A stretch of 63,421 nt of DNA, filler included, from Bigelowiella natans CCMP2755 (Eukaryota; Protista; Cercozoa): NCBI GenBank assembly GCA_000320545.1. It is 8 parts of 8 records of this genome, joined end to end, with 100 filler letters (N's around TTAATTAATTAA, not from the genome) between each part and the next. Parts side by side here need not be neighbours in the genome. Positions count along the whole stretch, not along the records: positions 45,664 to 58,645 come from ADNK01001005.1; positions 58,746 to 62,305 come from ADNK01001234.1; positions 62,406 to 63,421 come from ADNK01003118.1; 5 more parts are not named here. One strand, given 5' to 3'. Below, piece by piece: positions 50,563 to 63,421 of the stretch. Numbering within the stretch: position 1 is the first letter of the stretch; the number at the start of each line of letters is the position of its first letter. The notes below the pieces were generated by a model, which searched no databases, was not told where the DNA came from, and was given only the letters and a program-made list of their open reading frames with translations. The position numbers and the translations under genes were made by a program.

Positions 50563-51511
50563 ATTATGTCTATTGTTTCACAAGTCAAAGTGCTCCATGA
50601 TTCCACAGACTCTCTGACATGAGCTATTGCAATAATAATGTAGCACCGGTTACGTAGCAACAGTTACATAAATGTCTACTGAGCATAGGTTTTTCAATGC
50701 AAGTTCGACATGATCTGCTTTACGCAAGCATGCGTGCAACAGACGTGCAGGCTGCGTGTTTAGCTAGCTGAGTGCGTCCATTGTTGGGGCCGCGTTCGTT
50801 GGGCCGGGAGTTGTTGATGCGCTCAATGGAATGAACATTGATGCATCGCTCGTCGCTGATGATCGCATGCAGTGGAAAGTCTTTGGACTTTCAACTGAGC
50901 ATGATCGAGTGCTCCAGCTGAAATATTTTTTGCTTTCACGTGCATAAAAGAAAGAACGTCATCAACGCAACGGGCGCTTCCGCACTCCAAGTCATTTGTG
51001 GCGCGCGAACGGCTCATTTGTGCGCTGCCAGGAGCTTGAGGAGGGGCGACCTGCAATGTGCACAGAAAGTGCTAGAGTGCCATTGAATTCACAAAAGAAA
51101 ATGATGGTAATTTTTTTGCCAAATCTGCTGTGAAAAGCGCTGCGCGAATTCTTCACAACTTTTTTGCTCCGGTGATGACGTGGCAACTGCAGATCGACGT
51201 TCATTCCAATAGGCCTCTAGCTTGAATCTGGTGCGTGTGATGCACATCATTCATGTTCAGACTTGGGAGCTCGTGGATGGCTAGATGGTGCTTGCATGAG
51301 GTGCAGCATGCAAATGGAGTAGGACACTTGTGCTTTTGCGTGTGACTGTTTTGTCGACATTCAATTCCTCAATTCAACCGCCAACTAGCTAGCTACAGGT
51401 CAACATCAACACTCACATGCACCATTTCATGTCCAATTGCAGGTGAAAAATGTGCAAAACAAAGACATCAACCTTTGTGAAACCACTCAGTCACGATTTT
51501 CATTGCACTAA

Positions 51512-54500
51512 CTACTTCTTTTTCTTGTCAAATTTGAAGTTTGTGCCAAGCTTCACAAAATTTTGTCCGTCCAGTGCGACAGAAACTTCCGCCTCAATTC
51601 CCTGTTTGCAAATGTCGTTCATGGCAAAACTAAACATGGAGACAAAAATTCATTACCCCATCTGGAGCTTCAGTTTCAAAGCTAGGACATTGCAACACAA
51701 TTTCTCCTTCCCTGAGCGATGTCAACTTTTCCGCATTCTGTTTGACAAGTCCAATAGAAACGCATTAGTACCAAAATCATTGGAAAATTCAGTTGAGGTA
51801 AACAATCTTATCGTCACATTTACCTGTGCACATGCAAGAGCCAGTCCCATCCTATCTACAGAGGATAACTTGTAATCTTTTTCCTCTTGTTCACCTTCTT
51901 TCTTCTCCTACAAATAAAGATAACATGATATTAAAACTAAATAACAACCATAGAGCACATAATTTTGATCTAAAAAATGTACCTCTTCTTTAACTTCTGC
52001 TGCTGCTGGCTCCGCTTTTGGTCTCCAATTGCAACTGCACTTCTTCTCCACGATCTTTGTTTCACAAAAGATTCACTTAGTTGAGTGACAACCTCCAAAT
52101 ATCGGTACAACATTTGAGAAAAACAATATCGATGACATGATTTCAGTATGTCGAACACTGATCCACATTGAACATTGAACATTGAACAAAGCATTAATGC
52201 AAACTACATGCGCAAGAACCACAATTTACATGTCAGGACGTGATAGCATCGATTCATTATGTCTAACTGGGAAAATGCATGGCTAGATGTTGGTCTAGCC
52301 CTGGTTTCGATAAAATACATTATGTGTGCATTTTACCTCTCCGGCGACCGTCGCAGAAAACTTGACACTGAGAGCATCTGTTGAAAGTGGAGGAGACTCG
52401 ATAATCCCTGGTCCCGTGATGACAAGCTCGCTGTGAACAGTGGTTTAAAGATTAAATATCTTGATCTTTCTCTTTGTCTATGTTATGTCTTAATGATTCG
52501 TCCTTAGACATGCTTTCGCTTTCTTCTCTCATCGTGTCTCCATTTCGTTCATACCTTCCTCCAGAGATGGACCCTGTGTTGGCACTTAGAGCTAGTTCGT
52601 CCACTTTTGGGTTTTTCATCAGCAGCAGTGGTCGAAATTGGGGAACCTGATATGATAGGAATGATAGCGAATCGGGTGACATGTTGCATTGTGAAATGGG
52701 ATTCTGCATAGATTCTTACCTTCGGCCGCGCGATGTCAGGCTGCTCCACGAGAATCCAAATTGCATTTTCCTAAAAAAGGAAACTCTTGTTGGCATCCTA
52801 CATCTACAGACACCAAGATGCAAAAATATTTGTCTAAATTTTCCGACGTTTTCAGCATTCTTCAACTCAGGAACATCGCAGGAAACCGTTCCTTCCCACG
52901 TGTCCTCATTCACATTTATGATTTTGCCTTCCGCCTGACGATAAAAATAAGTTTGTTACAGTGAACGACCACTATGTGTTTCATTTATCAAAGGATAGAA
53001 GTTCATGGGGAGGAATAAGAAAATACAATCAACCCTCCCTCTTAACCTCATTACCTCAACGACACTGCTATCCAATGCGGAGAAGAATTTGACTGTCAAC
53101 TTTTGTTCAGGAATCAAACCTTCGCATTTCAACTAAGAGGTTGTTAACAAATGTCACTAACAGCATATGCACAGCACAATAGCAAAGTTGAATCCGGACA
53201 AGTGAGGAAGAAAAGAATATAATTGCCATGAAATAAACCTGGATGGTTCTTGTCTCCCCTTCCGCCAATCTACACGGACTCACGCCGTCATCAACCTTTT
53301 AGGTCAAATTTGATCTCAGGGCAACTAACCTTCATTCCAATCAAAGGGGGGCAAAATGAAGGAAAGAGGATGTACCACATTGGCAGCTTTTACATCGACC
53401 GTACTTCCAATATCCATGAAATCTTGGCCGTTACATCTTCAATTTGGATTGTCACACAGAACCAAAAACACATTTGAACCCACAAATCCATTAGAGAGCC
53501 TCGAAGCCTCCCTCATAATTTATTCCTTTTCATACCTTGCTTGAAGAGATAACTTGGAAGGACCAAGACACTGGAATCCTGGGATCTTCATCGTAATCTG
53601 AATTTGCAACATGGTAGGAAGCAAAGAAGTTACAGCAAATTAACAAAACAGTTTCCTAGCATCTTTTAACTTTTGTGCAATATAAGCATCAATAAGCAAA
53701 TTATGCTTTCGTTAAAAGTAAAACCTCTCCCCTCCCAAGGCCCTCAGAGGGACGTCTCTGCCCTTCCAAACGCTCGGTCGATTCCTGATAGCCAAAGGTT
53801 AGAGAATAGGTAAACTATGTGGATCTTTTACTCGTTTTGGCTTCAACTATCCCCACATTCCCCCAAACTTTTCCCTCTCTTTCTCTTTGTCTTTGAATTT
53901 ATCCAACCTTATCTAGGCGCTTGAGCTCCTCATCAAGGAACCGTGTGAGTCCTGAAGTGCCCGGTATGGAGCTAGTTTGAACATCTACATCCTTTTTTTC
54001 CTCTTCACTAATTTTTTCCTCGCTTTTCCCATTGAACCATTCCTCAAGTGTGTATTTCGTCGCTTCCTTCTCTACTAACTCGGTCACCACAGCGTCATTC
54101 TCCATGTCAAACACCGACTCTGTTCGCTGCAGTGCATCGACAACACTGGAAGGCAACGAAGATACAATTTTTTTAAATTCGTCATCAGCCGTTGCCAAGA
54201 TTGCGTATTTGAAGTAAATCAAGGATGCCCTAGGGTGTCCATCTTGTTCCTGTGCGTACATTCCAAGTTATACATGCATAGAACTTGGCATGAAACAGTA
54301 AATGTGGAAGATGTGTGACAAACCTTAGACTCCTCGTCCTTTTTCCCCTTTTTTGCTATTTTCTGATGATGGTAAGCACAGATACGAAAATATGTGCACA
54401 TGAATACGCGACACAAATATGTAATATATGTAAATATTCATGTTTACAATATAAAATATGGTTGTATATGTTCATTAATGTGTGTTTGTAAAGCATTGTC

Positions 54501-55487
54501 ATTTCGAATAGCATCTACCGCATCTAGCTCTGGGCCAACTTGCACTGCCCTCTCGAATATCTTCTCTAACGCTGGGCGGAAACACTCTGAAAGATTCTAT
54601 AAACATCATTGTATTGAGTCCTTCTTTCGTGCGCTTACAAAATAGAGATATCATGCATTGTACACACCAATCAACGAAAACGTGAGTACCAACCAAAAAA
54701 ACTAATTCTCTAATCAAGGGCTACTTTTCACACCCGACGAAGCCAAAAATGCTGTCATAAGGGAAAAGATTCTTATTTCTCACCTTTTTCTCTTCGGTAT
54801 TCTTCTGGGCCTCTGTTTTTTCTTGATATTCACGTATCTCGGTGAAACTTGTGTACTTGCTCTTAATGTGGAAGGTCTGATACAAAAACGAGAAATATTG
54901 GTGTGATCTCAGGAAGAAAAGGATGGAGCTTAGCAGCGAACAGTGACAACATTTTCTTATCAGCAAGATCATTCATGCAGTTGGAGGTGTGCCTAAGCAT
55001 GCCACATGCCTTGGAAAAAGCCCCTTTGGGGTATTTGGGGTTGTTCGCCTTCCGTCCCTCCTTTGCATCCTCAATGAATTTTTGATAACTTTGAAGGTAT
55101 TTTTGCTCCTGATCGAATAAAAATCTTTCGATCGCATATTTTCCTTCAGAAAGAGCCATTTCCTGAATGGATACGAGGCACATGTGTCATCACATGCATT
55201 TCAGCAAATCCGGGAAGAACAATGAAAAAAAATGGTTATAAAATCAGAGGTGAGACACATACTAACACGTGAAAGATCACATAAGTGTAATTTTAAAGTT
55301 CGTTGTTCACAAATACTGCTTGTTTCAACATATTTGTTGCATTATTAATGATATTAAATTGTCTTCATTTTCTTGTAAACCTGATTTTTGATTGGCTTAG
55401 AATCTTTTCCTTCCTGTTCGCCCTTCTGTGCTTCTTCTTTACCTTACACATCAACAAATTTCGGCATGAATGGCACTGATATCAATA

Positions 55488-55526
<39 letters not shown>

Positions 55527-56924
55527 ATAAAGCAGGAAGTTTGTTGTCCCCCCTCCCAACCACATCCTAAGATTTCGATATTATTTTCTCTCCCACACCT
55601 TCTTCTCCTTCTTTTTCGACGGCCTCTATCATGGAAGCTGGTTGAACCTTTAGTTACCAATATCTAAGCATAACTTTACGCGATTTGTATCGATTCTGTC
55701 TCCACATTTTGTCGGTCCTATCTATGTTGTTGCTGTTAATTTTAAATGAGTTTTGTGACAAAAAATGAGAGCACGAAACCGGTTCGGGTCTTGGGACAAA
55801 CTCGTTCTGGGCGACTTTCAGCTGCACAACAACGTCATCCGAGAACGTCATTCCTACACACAGGCACGTGAACAAAGAGTGACTGCCAACCCTTCATACT
55901 GATCCGGCAAACACTGTTGCCCAAAAAATGGGATAAGATGGGTATCGAGCCACAGTTTCATATAAATGCGGAGCATGCTTCGCAGGAACATTCTCTAAAT
56001 GCATTATCCAATGGGAAATTGTAGTGCTCTTGGTGATATAGTACCCGTGCAGAGAAGGTGTAGCTCCGGGCATCCTGTCAGGTTCAAACACTACAAAGAT
56101 ACATATGATACGCACGAAAATAGCATATGAACAAATCGGCCAGGAATAGGAAATAAAAAGAGAGCAAATAGCCCACCGCCAAGTACCTTGGGGAACGAGT
56201 CGAAACATTTCACCTTCATCGCCGCGTACTTCAGCCCTTTCGAATCAAAATTCGTTGTAGACATCAAAAATGGACAAAAGAAAAGCGTTTCAGTTCTAAT
56301 GCAGGGATGCATGGGTAAAGTGTTCATGTGCATTGCCGCGTAATCCGTATAATCAATTGTTAGAGATTTTTCCGTTACCATAATCCTTCAATGTAGAATG
56401 GTCGATGGCGAAATACACGTCGGCGACTTCGACGCCTTCGATTCCTGATAGCCTGGCTGAACCACCTGCAATCCCTTCAAATTCCGGTGCCTTCAACTCG
56501 GGAACTCTCACCTGAAAGAAAGGCGAGAAGGGAAGTTCGATATTCATATCAACACGAAACATTCAGAGCATCTCAGTGAACATCAACATTATAAATACGT
56601 ATATATATATATTTATATATATTGTGTATTTGTGTGTGTGTTTGTGTAAAGAAAATCGAGGGTTGGAAAGATGTTAACATGGATGAGAATGAATGAATTT
56701 TAAGTAGTAATGGATACCTCTCCACGGGGCAATTGTGCATAGATCGACGGATCCATGCTGTACGAGGGAGGCATATGAAGCTCAAAATACCCGCCAGATT
56801 CCTCGTTGGGATCCTTCACATACGCCGCCGCCACGTCGATGAAATAACCTTCGTTGCGGAACAGTCAGAGGGGTACTTTGATTTCACACATACACTACAA
56901 ACGCGCAGCGATTTGTATGTGTAT

Positions 56925-56962
<38 letters not shown>

Positions 56963-58111
56963 TTTAAGTATAGGTTCCAAGTGCAGGCGACCTTTCGGTC
57001 CTTGATCTTTTCCCTCTTTCCCTTCTTTGTCTTCCTCACCCGTATCCGCCACTCTATACACAACCCTCGCCCGTGCCTTGTATGCATTCAGCACGGGAAA
57101 TGAAGCCTGATGTTGAATTGATGTTAAAACTGCGGGGGGGGAGGGGGGGAGATATTGATGAGGGCCCATCTATATAAATTTCACTGCAACCCGCATATAT
57201 TATAACCTTAAATTTCACCACGGAGTCCCCCGTTGAAGGTCCCATGGCCGGCATCAGCGGCTTTATGCTGCTCGCCTCCGGCTGCTGTACAACGTCAATC
57301 TGCGCGTGTTGTCAGGTGTGTGAGTAGGCGATACAACGAGAGAGAGAAAAAAATGGGGGGGGGGGGGGGGAGGGGGGGTTGAGATATTTGGGAAAGAGAG
57401 TGATGATATTATGGCCCCCGTGTTCGGGTATGTATATGTACACAAGCAAGCAAAAATATCTTTAGAACGTATTCCTACCCAGAAAATCATGTCAACACGC
57501 GATTTAATGGAGTACATATTTTAGGGAATGAGGCAGGGGGCTCGTGTAATAATAGTAGGTTCATTTCACCGTGCAGGCATTCGACCAAAAAGAGCCATTG
57601 AGAGAGCACTGGATCTGCGGAGCGACAATGTCATTCAAAGATTATCGATAAATGGTTCAGGAAAGCAAACGGGGTGAATCAGATACTGTTTGTGTTGCGC
57701 TTTTGTGGATGGGGTGTTCTTGCCTTGACATCCTTGAGCGGAAATTCGTCCCTCGGTAGATCAAACTTAGGAGATTTTAGCAGCAAACCGCGGCCGTTTT
57801 TAGCATCAGAGAAGAATTCGGCCTTCTCGACCTTCGAGAATTCACCGTACGTGAAACGTACCTTTCAGGAGAAGAGGGGGGGGGGGACGGACGATGGTAT
57901 CGATAGACTCAGCTGGCGTCACAATCGAAATCACAGATCCGGGCATGACCCACAAATTTTATTTTATTTTCGCTTTACACATGTGGTGTGTTCGTGATTG
58001 AGTCTGTTTCCTTCTCGTTCTTATTTTATGCTCTGGACTCATGGCCTTTTTTCTTTGGGTTTGAAACACGCGCACAAAGTTCCTCCGAAACCATCAAACG
58101 TGAGAACAACA

Positions 58112-58167
<56 letters not shown>

Positions 58168-58613
58168 TAATGATAATGATGATGGGGGGGGGGGAAAGAC
58201 TGTTCACACCTGCGGAGGATACTTGGAGGATTCATATAATCCAACCCCAACCATCATCATGGATGTTCCCCCCTCTCCCAAAGCAACCTTCGGAATCACG
58301 TGGATGAATATATATATAAATGATAATAAAGAAAAGATTTTCCATTCTATGCGCGTATGCCAACAACGATGCGAGTCTGCGCTGTATCTTTCCACAGACT
58401 ATCATTTTGTTGACAAAAGCCTTCGCATATTGCTAATATTTACCTCAATTCACATATGCAGCAGCATCGGCAGCATCATCATCAGCAGCAGCAGCAATGT
58501 AGTAAACAGCATCGGAAAGCGGCATCTACTACCTTAGACTTCTCGTCGAGCAAGGTGATGTACGTGGGTGTGAGGCACGCAAGGATCTTTTCGCCCAGCA
58601 CCACATCACCCAC
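51512..58613 (-). CDS. Large multi-IPT/TIG (Ig-like) domain protein with a central helical region, 5' end lost at gap
   Basis: Repeated IPT signatures across exons: ILACLTP, VIPKVALGEGGTSMMMVGVGLY..VRF, LMPAMGPSTGDSVVKF, SANTGSISGG/ELVITGPG..LSVKF, IVLQCPSF, AEVSVALDGQNF..FKFDKKKK* (stop 51512-51514). Confidence 0.72.
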
Positions 58614-58645
58614 CTGGCCAAATGAAAGATAGAGAAAGAGGAAGA

Positions 58646-58745
58646 NNNNNNNNNNNNNNNNNNNNNNNNNNNNNNNNNNNNNNNNNNNNTTAATTAATTA
58701 ANNNNNNNNNNNNNNNNNNNNNNNNNNNNNNNNNNNNNNNNNNNN
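58646..58745. other. Artificial contig spacer
   Basis: N44-TTAATTAATTAA-N44. Confidence 0.98.
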
Positions 58746-58872
58746 ATCTGAAGGAGCGGGGAGAGTTACATTTTTTTTGCAAAATTCAATAGGGTTCTTT
58801 ACGGGGTATGGGTTTATTCTCCCATCCCATCATCGCAACAATCCATCAACCGATGTCTAACAGTCATCATCA

Positions 58873-59471
58873 TTGATTACTACTACGTTCATATCTCCAG
58901 ATGGAAGGCCCCCACCAAACCTTAGGGAATGGTCTGTTGCGTCCCCGCAGGACCGGCCTGAGTCGTGGATGAGCGATTTGAGAGCCATGCTACCGGGGGT
59001 GAACGTAAGGTATAACTCGCAGGGGGGGGGGGGGCTGCCGAACGGGGCGACCGCCAAACGCGCACAGCACCAGCAGGCTGCGGGGTTGCTGAGGCCAGCT
59101 TCTTCGAGCAACTCCAACGGTGCGGCTCCGGATGGGGGTGGAGGCCCACTGCCGCGTGGATTTAGAGATCATCACCACCACCATCATCATCCTGCTGCCG
59201 CTGATGAGTACATCGACCCAGCAGACCCGGCGTATTCGGATGATGTAAAGATGGGCGCTGCCTGGTCCCGTGGCGACAGCAAGCTGCAACGTGGCGGAGC
59301 AGGAGGAGGCGTCCCTGGAGATGCACACTTAGGGCTGCCCAACGACAGGCGTGTTCGTGATGGCGAGGTGCCGTTCGGGGGTGGGAGGGGGGGGGCACAA
59401 AACACGGGTTTAATATACCAACAGACCATTACCCGTCAACAAGCCGCCAACGCGAATAATCCTCCCAGCAC

Positions 59472-59507
<36 letters not shown>

Positions 59508-59976
59508 CCGTCCCCAGCACCATCCTTCTCAGCACCAACACCACCACCTTGTCCAGCAGCACCTCGTCCAGCAGCACCACCACCACAGACAGCAGCAACA
59601 ACAACAGCAACAACAACAACCGCCCCAAAATTTATTACCGAATGACAATAATAATAAGAATAACAACAACACTAGCCATCATCTATCACGCCAATCTTGG
59701 TACCCTCGAGGTTCTCCTCCGGGATTCGGCCTCTGGAAGCAAACTCCGACCTCTCAACCACAGCAGCAGCAGCAGCAGCAGCAGCAAGGTCATCAACAAT
59801 ACTCTCTCCCACCCGGGCTGTTCCCACAGAGCAACACAGACCCAGTGAACGCACAAAGGTTCTTCAGCAACGCCCGCAATGTTGTTGATGAGAAGAGAGC
59901 GCACGACGCATTCACACACTTAAATGGCAGGGCCAGTGGGGTCACGTTTGACCAAAGGAATAACGGGCAGCGGTAG
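58873..59976 (+). CDS. Terminal exon of a Q/H/G/N-rich, probably disordered protein
   Basis: 367-codon open frame running through trinucleotide repeats; acceptor CAG at ~58900; no domain recognised. Confidence 0.5.
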
Positions 59977-60984
59977 GGGATGATAATAGTAATAATAATG
60001 CACGTGTCAAACACGCGTGCATCTAGCCCAATCGCATTGCCCAAAAAATATTATTTGTGTTAGATCAAAAGTCGTCAGGCGCGGATGTAGTAGCGCACGG
60101 TGCCTGTTCGCGAAGTTGAAAATTTATCCTAAATTATTACACAGAATGAAAGGATTGCAAATATATGTTTATGTATCACATTTACCTTTAAGCCTAGAAG
60201 CGTTTTTGTTTGCGATCGAGACAAAATCGAGATGTATTATTAATTGTGATAATATTTCATTATATACACATCTGCTTGCCTATACGCTACTGGCTTTGTG
60301 TTTCTAGATTATTTGTCGCTTTTGCACAATGCGTACAATCTGCATGGAGGACGATAGACTTTGCTGTTGAACGTGAAATTACATCTGAATGACATAGCTA
60401 GCTAGCTAGATAGGTGCGCCTTGCAGCTAGCTAGCTAGTGCGATTGAAACATCTAGCTTATTCACGGGGCGCAGCTATCATGTGTAATCTCGTATAACAG
60501 CGTCGATCACATGTGCTGTGCTAGTGTGGTGTACTCTCCCTCTCTAGCTCTCTCTCTCTACTTAATACACACACACACACACACATGTCTAGATGTGCTT
60601 GTTTTTGCCTCACTAGCTAGCTAGCGCAGCTAGCCAGTTGCAGCGCAAGATGCTAAGTGACTTGATCAAGTGATAATGCGAATTGGTAGGTTGGCGCACA
60701 TCACCGCTAGCTAGACCGCCAGAATTCTAGCTGGCTAGCGGCCCTTTCTAGCTTTGATCCAATTCGAAGTGCACGAAAAAGTCATTCATGCCCAAATAAG
60801 CAAAGTGCACAAGCAACGCATGAATGTAAACATGTGCGTGTACATGTCTAGATGTCAGCGTTGGACCGCAACGACAAAACAAAACGCCTCTCAAACACAG
60901 AAAAAAGAGCTCGCGCTGCTGCGCGCAAAGAACGACATGACAGACCAAATTGCAATGCTTTCTCATGCATGCAACATGTAACAA

Positions 60985-61310
60985 AGGAAACAAACAGATA
61001 CAACTTGAGCGCTGTAGCCGCTGCATTGCACAGCTACATTAGGAAGACAATTGAAAAATTTTAAACAATTCATTACATCCGTCTTATATATCAGCGTTGT
61101 AGCCGCTGATCAGTTTGCATGCCTACATTAGGACGATCATTGAAAAGATTTAATCACTTCATTGCATCCGTCTCATATGTGCATAAGACATCACAACAGT
61201 ACCGAACAAACACAATTTAAGCGCTGTGGCGGCTGCTGCTTTGCATAGCTACATTAGGATGACCATTGAAAAAGTTTAATTTATTCATTACACATCCGTC
61301 TCATAAGTAA
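60985..61310 (+). repeat. Three diverged tandem copies of a ~105-bp unit
   Basis: Recurrent AGCGCTGT(A/G)GC.GCTG..TTGCA..CTACATTAGGA.GA..ATTGAAAA..TTTAA..TTCATT.CATCCGTCT at ~61005, ~61093 and ~61220. Confidence 0.85.
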
Positions 61311-61452
61311 CTTATAAATTATCTTGTTACCGTGTCGGCTTTACATCTAGACATACCATCCCTGCCACATCGTCGGATCCCGGTCCTGCGCCACCAACGA
61401 AAATGTGCGCGTGGAGTTTGATATCGACGCACATTGTTGCCGTCATGCACTA

Positions 61453-62245
61453 CTAGCCGTCGTGAAAACCCAGAAAGAGGCGGACGAAGAGCTCTTCCAA
61501 TTCCCCCGCCACTGCATCACTCCTTCCTTGTCCACGGCTATACCCCCTACCTCTCCCCCTCCTTCGGCCCTTGGCAGAGCTCTTTAGCGAAGTAAAAAAG
61601 CGGCTCTCGGCGAGCATCTTCGCCATCCTTGAGTACGAAGAAGACGCGGAGGATCCACTTCGGAGCTTGCGGTGCTGCTTCAGCGCGACTAGCGTTTCCA
61701 GCACGCACGGCGCGAACTGCGGAAACATGAGCGCGAGGTTGACAAAATGCTCCGCGCACTCCTCGAATGTCCTCAGCCTCATTGGGCTCAGAGCCATGAT
61801 GCGGGCACTGGGGTCATCGACCGCAGCACCGCGCGTGGCGGTGGAGGTGGCGGTGGATTCCAGCCCCACGCCTCTGCCCCCCCTGTCGCTATCATCACCG
61901 AGCAAGCGGAAGATCTTCCTGACACTGTCCCTGAGTTCGCGTCTCCCAGGGTAGCGCTCGGCCATCCCCGTGACCAACGCCACACCGAAGCTGGCGCGGC
62001 ACAACGAGGAGGGGGGGGAGGAGGAAGAGGAGAATCCGCCGAGAAATTCGCTCAAGTGGGGCAGTAGCGACGCCATGGCTGGCACGTGTTGGAGCAAGAA
62101 GGGAATCAGCCTTCGGTCGTACGACTGATGATTTGATCACGCACGCCAACCCCGGGCGCTTGCTCAGCCGCTTCTCCAAGTACCTCGAGATGATGCGACC
62201 CAAGACGACGAAAAACGACGATGATCGGGCCGACCGACGTTTGCC
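61453..62245 (-). CDS. INTS2: Integrator complex subunit 2, C-terminal part (apparent +1 frameshift near 62133)
   Basis: ISRYLEKRLSKRPGLACVI/NHQSYDRRLIPFLLQHVPAMASLLPHLSEFL..FGVALVTGMAERYP..FVNLALMFPQFAPCVLETLVAL parallels the INTS2 C-terminus as recalled (LVHFQGY..LLPLTVAGIPSMH..LVSFCRAFPPL). Confidence 0.68.
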
Positions 62246-62305
62246 GCTGGGAGCCTTTGCTGCCATAGCTGATGGCACTTCGGTGCGGTGTGGGGGGGAA
62301 CTTGG

Positions 62306-62405
62306 NNNNNNNNNNNNNNNNNNNNNNNNNNNNNNNNNNNNNNNNNNNNTTAATTAATTAANNNNNNNNNNNNNNNNNNNNNNNNNNNNNNNNNNNNNNN
62401 NNNNN
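62306..62405. other. Artificial contig spacer
   Basis: N44-TTAATTAATTAA-N44. Confidence 0.98.
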
Positions 62406-62509
62406 GAATGAAAAACATAGACCAAAATCAGGCTCCCATTATGAGATTATCGTAGTTGTCAGGAAAGACGGGAGGGCAGCAGTTCCGCTGACTGCAATAT
62501 CTCTCTCAG

Positions 62510-63043
62510 CACGTGTACAAGACACGTACACAGACAGACGAATATACACAGAAGGTTTTCCGTCCCCCCCCCCATCTTTCACGGGTGCTTATACCTATCA
62601 AGATCCGTCCAGTGGCCCGCAAGCTGCAACGCCTGTTCAAACCACGAATTTGCACAATATGTGAGATTTCCATGTCCGCTTCGCTCCCACAGCAAACGAG
62701 TCACAACATAGCCCTCGCCACAGTAAACAGTTGGTGAAGACAAAACCCTGATTTGATACGGGCAAACGCCACACGACATCTAATCAGCAGCGTCAAAGGA
62801 ACGCACCGTAAGTGCCAATCCCGGCGCTATGTTATGAACCTGTGTTTCACGAGACGATATTAGATCAAGAACGCATTCGTGTTGCATCCGCCCAATGCAT
62901 GTGGTGGTGGTGGTGGGAGACTGCGCAAAGGCCGCGCACTGCCGTATCATCATTTCCTCCTTTTTCTGCGTTGTTACCCACCCCGACTTTCGTCCCCTGC
63001 AGCTCTACAACGAGCGTCTTTAATATCTACACGGAGAGGAGGA
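62510..63043 (+). CDS. Possible internal exons of an unknown gene
   Basis: AG..GT-bounded segments HVYKTRTQTDEYTQK | IRPVARKLQRLFKPRICTI, plus further GTAAG donors at ~62808 and ~63045. Confidence 0.3.
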
Positions 63044-63421
63044 GGTAAGGCAGGGAAGGTGGGAGAGGCGATGGAAATCTCATAATATAGGTCTATTCGC
63101 TGATAAGGCTAATCATCAGAGAAGAGACACATGACTGCTGTGAAATGTAATTGATGTCAGAGTTATACCTGCGGCATTGATGCTTTGCTGGCCCCGTAAC
63201 TGACGATTCGTATCCAACGATGTATTTAGTATTAACAAAACCAAGAAGAAAACGACGTGATATCTCGAATAAATGGCGGTCATATCATACGCATATGCGT
63301 GGCTTACGCTGCAAACTGAGGAGTCGGAGCATTATCGCTGGCCTCGACGTTGAAGATGTGACCCCCCTAAGTACCACAAAATTCATCCATTTTACGCGAC
63401 GGTAACGAAAGGAGGGGGGGA

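Noticed and set aside
48000-50600. AT-rich region of short broken ORFs suggesting a decayed transposon or MITE
   Set aside because: Resolves into a phase-consistent micro-exon bromodomain-PHD gene on the + strand.
56720-56900. Apparent in-frame TGA in coding-looking sequence (readthrough or alternative code)
   Set aside because: The TGA lies in an intron; the acceptor AAG|GTTATTTC restores the frame. All modelled genes use the standard code.

Overview
Eukaryotic, intron-rich protist genomic DNA of about 45-50% GC. It may come from an alga with a secondary plastid such as a chlorarachniophyte, but that is a weak inference. Eight contigs are joined by artificial 100-bp spacers (N44-TTAATTAATTAA-N44), so adjacency across spacers is unreliable. 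Most ORFs in the supplied track are microsatellite noise; the real genes had to be assembled by hand from short GT-AG exons. Recognised genes: a secreted GH5 mannanase-like enzyme, a branched-chain aminotransferase fused in-frame to a SAM methyltransferase, a STAR/KH RNA-binding protein (3' part), a head-to-head glycosyltransferase-like/sulfotransferase pair, strumpellin (WASHC5, partial), a MED1-like protein, a poly(A) polymerase fragment, a bromodomain-PHD protein, a multi-IPT/TIG protein and the C-terminus of Integrator subunit 2. The most striking unexplained signal is a set of intergenic islands of about 0.7-1 kb in which TpA is nearly erased except in CTA/TAG (especially CTAG) context, while CpG is intact. 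A paralogous repeat comparison shows TA in outside copies versus TG/CA in the island copy. This suggests a localised, context-specific A:T>G:C hypermutation process, the reverse of fungal RIP. Other notable items are the BCAT-methyltransferase fusion, a clustered TGTCGC motif in bidirectional promoters, and a position-dependent switch between microsatellite-free and microsatellite-laden introns.
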